DNA of 64,000 nt from contig CAVSUW010000008.1 in NCBI GenBank assembly GCA_963731375.1, positions 82,920 to 146,919 of the forward strand, read 5' to 3'. Under the pieces are notes generated by a model that had not been told where the DNA came from, made no database searches, and worked only from the letters and a program-made list of their open reading frames with translations. Each line of letters begins with the position of its first letter. Within the stretch, counting starts at the first letter, position 1. Both the position numbers and the translations under genes were made by a program. Positions 55,123 to 64,000 of the stretch are shown in pieces. The DNA comes from Bryobacterales bacterium. GTDB lineage: Bacteria > Acidobacteriota > Terriglobia > Bryobacterales > Bryobacteraceae.

Positions 55123-55845
55123 CTATTTTACGCTCTGCAGATACGCCACCAGATTGGCCACATCTCCAGCGGTGTAATTTTCCAGCAGCGCACCATGCCG
55201 CTGGCGGGCAGCAGCAGTCTTGGCATCATTCAGCCGGTCGACCTTCCATGACGGCGCGGCCTCCAGAGCTTGCGGTTTCAGGATCTGCGCCTTCAAGGCA
55301 GCGGCGTCGTACTTCTTTGGTAGCGTCGCGTGGCAGGAACTACACTTCTGTTCGAAATAGCTTTTCCCGCCGCGGCTTGTCCCGGAGCCAGCGTCCTTGG
55401 CTTCCATCACTTCCTTGTAGCGGCCTTGCTGCCGCGCATAGTGAATCCATCGGACCAGATCCGCGATCTGCCCGTCGCTCAAATCGGAAAATTGCGGCAT
55501 CGGCGATAGCTTCGCAGTCTGCGGAATTCCGCGGCGCAGAAGAGGGCCGATCACATTGCCGTTCTCATCGCTACCCACCAGGCGCGAGTGCATCAGATCC
55601 GTGGCTTCGCCGCGCGCTACCAGATACAGGCCGTGGCAATAGCTGCACCCAAACAATACGTAGGTCTCTTTGCTGTGCTGCATCACCGGGTCCGCCATGG
55701 GAGGCCCGATATAGTTAATGTCGTAGCCGGGTCTCGCCGGCGTTTGCGCCACGGCGAAACCCGCTAAGATCACTCCGCAAAAAAGCAAGCACAGGTGTTG
55801 GCTATGCGAGCATGTTCTTGATCCTAGGCCAGGGCCCGCTTGCAA
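55123..55845 (-). CDS. dihaem c-type cytochrome, exported
   Basis: Two CxxCH motifs (GCSYCHG, KCSSCHA). Hydrophobic leader LCLLFCGVILAGFAVAQ. Start codon uncertain (TTG at 55845 or downstream). Confidence 0.8.
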   Translation of the reverse strand: MQAGPGLGSRTCSHSQHLCLLFCGVILAGFAVAQTPARPGYDINYIGPPMADPVMQHSKETYVLFGCSYCHGLYLVARGEATDLMHSRLVGSDENGNVIGPLLRRGIPQTAKLSPMPQFSDLSDGQIADLVRWIHYARQQGRYKEVMEAKDAGSGTSRGGKSYFEQKCSSCHATLPKKYDAAALKAQILKPQALEAAPSWKVDRLNDAKTAAARQRHGALLENYTAGDVANLVAYLQSVK

Positions 55846-56732
55846 TAGTCCAACATCAACTGCACTTCGTCAACCGCCGGCGCAGGGTCCCGTGCTCGAA
55901 CTCCAGCAGCGCGGTGATGGGCCACTGGTTGTCGCGGATCAGCCGGAGAATCTCGATAATCGGCGCGTCACCTTCGCCAAACGGCGTGCTGCGCCCGTTG
56001 TTCTTCCGGCGGTCTCCCAGATGAACGGCGGACACACGCTGGTGGTGTCTTTCGAGGAACCCCAGCGCAATCGCCATTTCCCGGCCGTGAAGTGCCGAAC
56101 GTCCAGAGTCGCCGTGAGATCGGGCGAATACGCCAGGCCCTTCACGATGCTCGCCTCGTTGCTGAACGCATCCGGATCCGACAGATTGTCGTGGTTATGC
56201 AGACTCGCATACATCCCGTGTTTGCCCGGGAACGCACTCAGCCGATGCGCCACGGCCAATCCGTAAGAGCCAACGATACCCTTCGCGCCGATGGCTTTTG
56301 CGCCCTCAAACGTCGCGTCGATCTCGGCGTCAGTGAAGCTGTCGCCTACGTTTATGTAGACCGTGCAAATCGTAATCCCGTTGTCGTCAAATTCTTTCTT
56401 GATGTCGCGGAAGTAGCCCGCGGGAGGGTTCAACCGCCAACTTCGCAACTTCTCCCGCGCCTCTTCCGCACTCACGCCGGGACCAGCAAAATTGGGCTCA
56501 TACCAGACCGCATGCAGTTCAACCATGCCCAGCCCGTTCTGCGACCAGCCGCTGAATCAGGATCGGGCGGTTCTCTCGATTCATCGCCAGATCGTGATAG
56601 CAGAACGGCTGCAGACCAAACTGCACGCCGTTGATATAGAGATCGATTCGGCTTACGCGCGGGTTGCGCCAGGGCCAAGCTCGGAACACCGGCCACAGCA
56701 AGTTTGCCAAAATCCCGCCTCGTCAAAATCAT
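55824..56732 (-). CDS. xylose-isomerase-like TIM-barrel (sugar phosphate isomerase/epimerase family) protein with Tat signal, frame-disrupted
   Basis: MILTRRDFGKLAVAGVPSLALAQ. Barrel pieces: VELHAVWYEP, GAKGIVGSYG, ASLHNHDN, AVHLGD, ALLEFEH. Inferred end LDYCKRALA-stop at 55824. About 4 frame switches. Confidence 0.7.
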
Positions 56733-56743
56733 GAATCGTTCAC

Positions 56744-58275
<1,532 letters not shown>

Positions 58276-58320
58276 GTTTTGATTGGATTCTAAACCGCAT
58301 GGACGCCTTACGCTCAAGAT

Positions 58321-59072
58321 ATGGTGGTAACTGAAATGGGATCGGAGAGTTCCAACGCGTCGGTGCTGCATCGCGTTAGCGGGATTGTAAGTTCCCCGCT
58401 TTCTTTAGATGAGATGTTGGGTGAGATTGTCGGACTGGCGGCGCGGGTGACCAGTTGCGACGCCTGCCTGGTTTATCTGGCGGAAGCGGAAACCGGCGAA
58501 TTCGTGTTGCGGGCGTCGCTCCTGCCGCACGTTTCGGATTTGGGAAATCTGCGCGTGAAGATGGGCGAAGGCGTGACGGGCTGGGTGGCCGAACATCAGT
58601 CTCCGGTGGCGTTGAGTTCGAAGGCCGCAGCCGACCCGCGCTCGAAGATTTTCCCGACCCTGGTCGAAGACACCTATCAGGCATTTCTTTCGGTGCCTTG
58701 GTGACCAAAGGCAAGGCCATCGGCGTCATCAACATTCATCATCGCGATAAGCACGAGCATGAGCCCGAGGAGATCGCGACCATTTCCTTCATCGGCGAGC
58801 AGATGGGCAGCGCCATCGCCAAGAGCCTGCTGGAAGAGGAGAATGCGCGCCTGTCCGAGGAAACCGCGGAGATGAAGCGGCAACTGGAGACGCGCAAGTC
58901 GGTGGAGCGCGCCAAGGGCATTCTGCAGAAGCGCCACGCACTATCGGAAGAAGAGGCGTATCTGCGCATGCGCAACGAGAGCCGCCGCTTGCGCCGCCCG
59001 ATGAAGGATCTGGCGGACGCCATCATTCTTTCGGAAGAATTGAGCCGCAAGGACAGCAGCGCGCCGGCCTAG
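58321..59072 (+). CDS. GAF-ANTAR RNA-binding antitermination regulator, one frame switch
   Basis: GAF: LDEMLGEIVGLAARVTSCDACLVYLAE...GEGVTGWVAEH...AFLSVP, GKAIGVINIHH. ANTAR: LETRKSVERAKGILQKRHALSEEEAYLRMRNESRRLRRPMKDLADAII. Confidence 0.8.
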
Positions 59073-59091
59073 GCCTGGCAGGACTGCGGCT

Positions 59092-59634
59092 CTAATCTTG
59101 CGCGATCCAGCGCGCCAACTGCGCGGTGTGGTCCGCGCTTCTGAAAACGCCGCACATCGGCAGTCCGATGCGGTGCTCCGCTTCCACCTCCGGCATGCCG
59201 CCCGGCGTCGGCACCAACAGTAACCCGCACGCGTCGTCCCGTTGCAGAGAGCGCATCACGTAGCGCAGCCACGCTGCCTGCGCGCAAGCATCTTCGACGG
59301 AAGCAGGATCGGTTGCGGATACCAAAAAGACGGCTTCGGAAACCTTGATGGCTTCAGTGGCTTCCGCGGGGTCGGCATCCGACAGATCCTTGCATACGAT
59401 CGATGATCTCGGATTGCTTTGAGAGTTCGAAAAATCGGCCAGCAGGACGGTACGGTCGTCGCCCGCATCCGCCAGGTAAGCTCCGATAGCCTCCAAGAGC
59501 TGCCTGACGGCACGGCGTGATTCGCTACGGGCGCCTTCCGCGCCGCCTGCTGGCACAAAGGAATAGATCGCCGCGGCTGGCGCCTCCGCCCTCACCGCCC
59601 AATCTACTGGGGAAATGGTCTGTGATGCTGTCAC
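59092..59634 (-). CDS. hypothetical protein (possibly a degenerate ParA/MinD-fold protein lacking a Walker A lysine)
   Basis: Intact 180 aa, GTG start after GAAAGG. IYSFVPAGGAEGARSES sits where a deviant Walker A would be; VLLADF and VFLVSATDP resemble the later beta strands. Weak. Confidence 0.35.
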   Translation of the reverse strand: MTASQTISPVDWAVRAEAPAAAIYSFVPAGGAEGARSESRRAVRQLLEAIGAYLADAGDDRTVLLADFSNSQSNPRSSIVCKDLSDADPAEATEAIKVSEAVFLVSATDPASVEDACAQAAWLRYVMRSLQRDDACGLLLVPTPGGMPEVEAEHRIGLPMCGVFRSADHTAQLARWIAQD

Positions 59635-59646
59635 GCCTTTCTAATT

Positions 59647-59662
59647 TGCACGTCGCGTGCCA
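59647..59662 (-). promoter_or_regulatory. sigma-54-type -24/-12-like motif (weak)
   Basis: The minus strand reads TGGCACGCGACGTGCA (GG-N10-GC spacing, one mismatch to TGGCAC-N5-TTGCA). It sits only ~12 nt upstream of the GTG at 59634, which would imply an almost leaderless mRNA. Confidence 0.25.
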
Positions 59663-59806
59663 AGCAACGCAATGGCGGAGAATCAAGAGCTTCGCTGCGG
59701 AACGCAGCCGGCGACGGAGACGATGTGTCCCCGCGCGGAGACACTTTGGCTCAATGTCCGACGAGGTTCGCGGTGATCGGGCGCTGGTACGAACGCGAAG
59801 CGAGGA

Positions 59807-60695
59807 CTAGCGGCCGCCGGCCATCTCGCGCTTCATGATCGCGGCGTTGTTGGACGCCTGGCCTTGCATGGGTCCGGCAATGCCCGCCGCCTTCTCGGTG
59901 TACTGAAGGCCGGTCGCCATTTTAGACTTGTCAGTGGTCAGCTTGCCCATCTGATAGTTGGAAACACCCAGGTAGTAGTAAATGTAGCTGGTCGAAGCGC
60001 CGCCTACCAACGGCAGCGCGGCTTTCAAATTACGATCCGCGTCGGCATAGCGGTTCGAACCGGCTTGGATAATGCCTGCGGACATATAGGCGTTGCCCAG
60101 CATGTCATTCCGGGTTTTCTGCCAGTCCGCGTCGCTCATTCCTTCCGGCTTCTTCTTCCTGCCCATCACGCCGATCAGGCGATTCGCCGCCGCCAGGGCG
60201 GGGCCAGGAGAGCCCCAATTCCGCGCCACTGCATCCAGGGCATATTCATCATCCGGACGCCCCACCAGAATCTTGCTGGCCGCCGCGTTCGCCTTGGCCG
60301 GACTCTGTCTTGCTCAGCGCCGCCAGATACTGCGGGGTGGCGATATCGATCTGCTCGCTCTTGGGATCCTGCGCGATCAGCTGCTCCGTCAAATCGATGG
60401 TGACCGCCGGATCCCCCGCCTGCGTGGCCGAAACCGCGAGGGCATATTCGGCGTATTCCTCGGCGTCCTTGGCGAACGCCTGGCGGCCTTTCCAGGCCTC
60501 CACCTCACCCGCATCGGCAGGCTGCTTTTCCTTCGCCAGCTCCCGGGCCTCTTTGGCGGTCTCCGCCGACAAGGCTTTCACTTGGGCGTAGTCCTTCTTT
60601 TCGAAGGCATCCTTCAGGCCCTTGTAAGAATCATTGAGGTCGGCCGACCAGACCAAACCACTGAACGCCAGTAAACCGATCACAGCAAATCGCAT
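59807..60695 (-). CDS. secreted TPR-like/helical-repeat protein, one frame switch
   Basis: Signal peptide MRFAVIGLLAFSGLVWSA. Helical repeats with YYYLGVSNYQMGK. Fragments 60249-60695 and 59807-60265. Confidence 0.55.
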
Positions 60696-61175
60696 GTTTC
60701 AAACGCCTCCACAAGAGGTTCATTATACAGGACGGGCGGGCTGCGCGCGACCAATGGCCCAAATCGGTCAGCTGCGTCGGTATGCCTGTGGGCGGTCGGG
60801 GGAGTCGGCGTTTTGTAATCGTCAACAAAGCGTCGGTACATCGCACCAATGGAAGCTCGTATAGCCACTTCGCGAAAGTACCTGACCGTTGCGCAATCGC
60901 TTCAAGTGGCTCATATATCGCGCTTACCAAACGCGTGGGGATCACCGAGATCCGACTCGGTACATGACAGCAAATGCCACCCCGGATGAAAAGACGTACG
61001 AGGTCGCATGCTAGCACAAGGATTGCCGCATTTTTGCTGGCGACATGTCTCCACTACTATTGCACGAACCTCATTCTAGGTAGACATTTCAAAGGATCCA
61101 CGACCCCAAATCGGCGCCTATGCATCCCAGGTAACAACGCGGGTTGCCGCCCGCCGGCCATGCGAAAGTAAGAAG

Positions 61176-63595
61176 GTGCCCGGCGATCCCCTCTTCTGCG
61201 ATGTCAGCCTGCCGGTGCCGCTCGACCAGGCGTTCACCTACCGCATGCCTGAAACCTTGCGCCATCGCGTGCAGGCCGGCTGCCGGGTGCTGGCGCCGCT
61301 GGGAACCCGTACTCTCACGGGCTTGGTCCTAAAGACGCACACCGATCCGCCGCAGGGTCAGGCGCGCGAGATCCTGCGCTTGCTCGACGAAGAACCCGCC
61401 CTGGATGACGAGTTACTCCAATTAGGAAAGTGGATTGCCGAGTTCTACTGCGCTCCCCTGGGCGAGACCCTGCGCGCCATGACGCCGCTGGCGGGCGAGA
61501 TCCGCCGGGGCAAAGTCTACTCGCTGACGAAAACGGGTCGCGACGTCGCGCGGCAGTTGCATCTGGGCTCGGACGATGACAACGATCCGGCGGCGACGGC
61601 ACTCCGCATGTTGGACGCACGCCCGCTCTCGGCGTCCTATCTCAAGCAGAAAATTCAGAACGCGGCGGCGGTTTTGAAGTCGCTCGAGAAAAAGGGATTC
61701 GTCGTAGCGGAAGACGTGGCCGCGGAGCGCGATCCCCTGCGTGCTTCGGCGGCGCGGCTGCGGATCGAATTTGTGGCGCGAGCGGAGAAGCTTCCCAAAG
61801 CCGAGCGCGAGCTGCTCTCCTATCTGGAACTGCATCCCGGATCGCACAACGTTGCGGATCTCGAAGCCTTCGTCGCCAAAGCCAGCACCGCCGCGCGAGC
61901 GCTGGCGCGCCGCGAACTGGTGCGTCTCACGATCGAGCCGATGGCCGAAGTCCACGGGCCGATTCGCACGCCGCACGCCTTGAATCCGCACCAGCAGGCG
62001 GCGTTCGATTGCATCCGCGGCGCTCTCGACCGCAAACAATACCACACGTTTCTGTTGCAGGGCGTCACCGGATCGGGCAAGACCGAGGTGTATCTCAAAG
62101 CCATCGAAGCCGCGCTGGCATTGGGCCGCAGCGCGCTGATGCTGGTTCCGGAGATCGGACTGACTCCCGCCGTCGCCGGCCAGTTCTACCAGCGCTTCCC
62201 GGGACGCGTGGCGATCCTGCATTCGGCGTTTCACGACAGCGAGCGCGCCCAGGAATGGCGGCGCATCCGCTCGGGCGAAGCGGCGGTGGTGGTGGCCACG
62301 CGCTCCGGCGTGTTCGCGCCGGTCCGCAATCTGGGCCTGATCATCGTCGACGAAGAGCACGACCAGAGCTACAAGCAGCAGGAAACGCCGCGCTATCACG
62401 GCCGCGATGTGGCGGTGATGCGCGCGCTGCACGCCAAGGCGCGTGGTGGTGCTGGGCTCGGCGACGCCCAGTCTGGAATCGCGCTACAACAGCGAATCCG
62501 GCAAGTACACGCTTGCTCGAATTGCCGGAGCGCATCGAGCGCCGTCCCATGCCGGATGTGCAGTTGATCGACATGCGCCAGGAGTTTCTGGAAACCCGCA
62601 AGCACGCCACCTTTTCGCGCGCGCTGATCGACGCGGTGACGGCGCGCCTCGAAAACGGCGAGCAATCCATGCTGCTGCTCAACCGCCGCGGATTTTCCAG
62701 TTTCGTCGCCTGCCGCGCCTGCGGCGAGCGCGTCGAGTGCGCCAACTGCTCGGTCACGCTGACCTTTCACCGCCGCGACCGGCGCATGCTGTGCCACTAC
62801 TGCAACTATTCCGAGCGCGTCCCGGAGCGCTGCCCCAAGTGCGACAGCGAATACATTCAGTTCATGGGCCTGGGCTCGGAGCGCGTCGAAGCCGAATTAA
62901 ACGGCGCGTTTCCCAAGGCCCGCATCGCGCGCCTCGACCGCGACGCGATCAACGGCAAGCGCGATTACGAAACCATCCTCGCCGGCTTTCGCGACGGCGA
63001 CTACGACATCCTGGTCGGCACGCAGATGATCGCCAAGGGCCACGACATTCCGAACGTCACGCTGGTGGGCATCGTGAGCGCCGACATCGGCCTGGGCCTG
63101 CCGGATTTCCGCGCCGCCGAGCGCACCTTCCAGTTGCTGACGCAGGCGGGCGGACGCGCCGGCCGCGGCGAGACTCCCGGCATCGTGCTGATCCAGACCA
63201 TCAACCCGGATCATTACGCCATCCAGTGCGCCGCCGCGCAGGATTACCAGGCCTTCTACGAAAAGGAAATCCAGTTCCGCCGCGCGCTGAGTTACCCGCC
63301 CTTCACCGCGCTCGCGAATGTCATCGTGCAAGGCCGCAACGAAGAGGAGGCTCTCTCGCGCAGCGCCGCGCTGGGGCGCTTGCTGCAACCGGCTCCCGAA
63401 GGCGTGCGCGTGATGGGACCGGCGGCGGCCGCGGTCGCGCGCATCAAGAACGAATATCGTTTTCAAATGCTGCTCAAAGCGGCCACGCGCAAGCGTCTGA
63501 ACCAGATCCTGGGCGACCTGCGGCGCTTCGCGGCCGCCGAAAAATGGAACGCCACGTCGCTGGTGATCGACGTCGATCCCATGACTTTGCTGTGA
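61176..63595 (+). CDS. priA: primosomal protein N-prime (replication restart helicase PriA), two frame switches
   Basis: FCDVSLPVPLDQAFTY, Walker A LLQGVTGSGKTEVY, DEEH box IIVDEEHD, Zn-binding CRACGERVECANCSVTLTFHRRDRRMLCHYCNY...CPKC, QLLTQAGGRAGR. Switches near 62440 and 62520. Confidence 0.95.
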
Positions 63596-63599
63596 CAGC

Positions 63600-64000
63600 A
63601 TGACCAACGACTTCGCGATCATCGACGAAAACCTGCGCGCCGCCATGCGCTTCTTCGGTTACGCCACCGGCACCGGCGAGATCGCCCCCTTGCCCGGCGG
63701 CATCGCCATGTATTCGGGCCTGGAGTACGGAGTCTTCAACATCGCCATGCTGGACGGCCGCGTCTCTCCTGCGGGTCTGACTCTGGAGCAGCGCCTGGTT
63801 GAGATCGCGCACTATTTCAAGCCCAAGACCGCGCGCTGGTCGCTGTGGCTATGCGACGATCTGCTGGATTACGCCACGCGGCGGCGCGCGCGGCAGGCGC
63901 TGGCCGACTTCGGATTGCGCGCCATCTCGCATCCGCCCGGCATGATTGCCCCCGCATTGTTGCCGCCCACTGGCTCCCTGCCCCCGGTGGACGTGCAGCC
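63600..64000 (+). CDS. hypothetical protein (GNAT-like N-terminus), 3' end beyond window
   Basis: ATG at 63600, open to the window edge, so it is absent from the ORF track. MTNDFAIIDENLRAAMRFFGYA...IAMYSGLEYGVFNIAML. GC-rich third codon positions. Confidence 0.5.
   Translation, partial: MTNDFAIIDENLRAAMRFFGYATGTGEIAPLPGGIAMYSGLEYGVFNIAMLDGRVSPAGLTLEQRLVEIAHYFKPKTARWSLWLCDDLLDYATRRRARQALADFGLRAISHPPGMIAPALLPPTGSLPPVDVQ

Overview
High-GC (~60-65%) bacterial chromosomal segment. Gene content and lipoprotein/signal-peptide style fit Acidobacteriota (Solibacter/Bryobacter-like); that placement is inference only. About 60 genes. Housekeeping: dnaG (runs off the 5' edge), split transketolase, sdhCAB, pfk, pyrD, ridA, DUF1385-prfA-prmC, dinB, thiC, priA. 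Accessory modules: FHA-GAF-PP2C phosphatase next to a Fur-family gene, a NarL-type two-component pair, a HigBA toxin-antitoxin pair, a cobalt-type nitrile hydratase/amidase cluster, acyl-CoA metabolism genes, a DUF1326/DUF2182/Rrf2 metal-handling trio, an ankyrin/cytochrome c/toroid-repeat protein, a ChlI-like AAA+/vWA pair, and a Tat-TIM-barrel/dihaem cytochrome c/HD-domain module. No rRNA, tRNA, CRISPR array, transposase or integrase was found. Two points dominate. (1) Most genes over 1 kb are broken by single-base frame switches (roughly 80 in 64 kb), and essential genes are hit, so assembly indel error is the most economical explanation. I therefore give whole-gene spans stitched across ORF-track fragments, not the fragments themselves. 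(2) The best candidate for something new is an intact 701-aa radical-SAM protein at 34067-36172. It has an N-terminal Cys/His metal site, a CX3CX2C core and extra C-terminal Cys clusters, and it looks like a bacterial homologue of the archaeal tetraether lipid synthase (Tes/GDGT-MAS). That makes it a candidate enzyme for membrane-spanning (brGDGT-type) lipid synthesis. Second is a nitrile hydratase whose alpha subunit carries a twin-arginine signal and whose accessory protein is fused to a ferredoxin-like domain. All family assignments come from reading motifs by eye; no database search was run.
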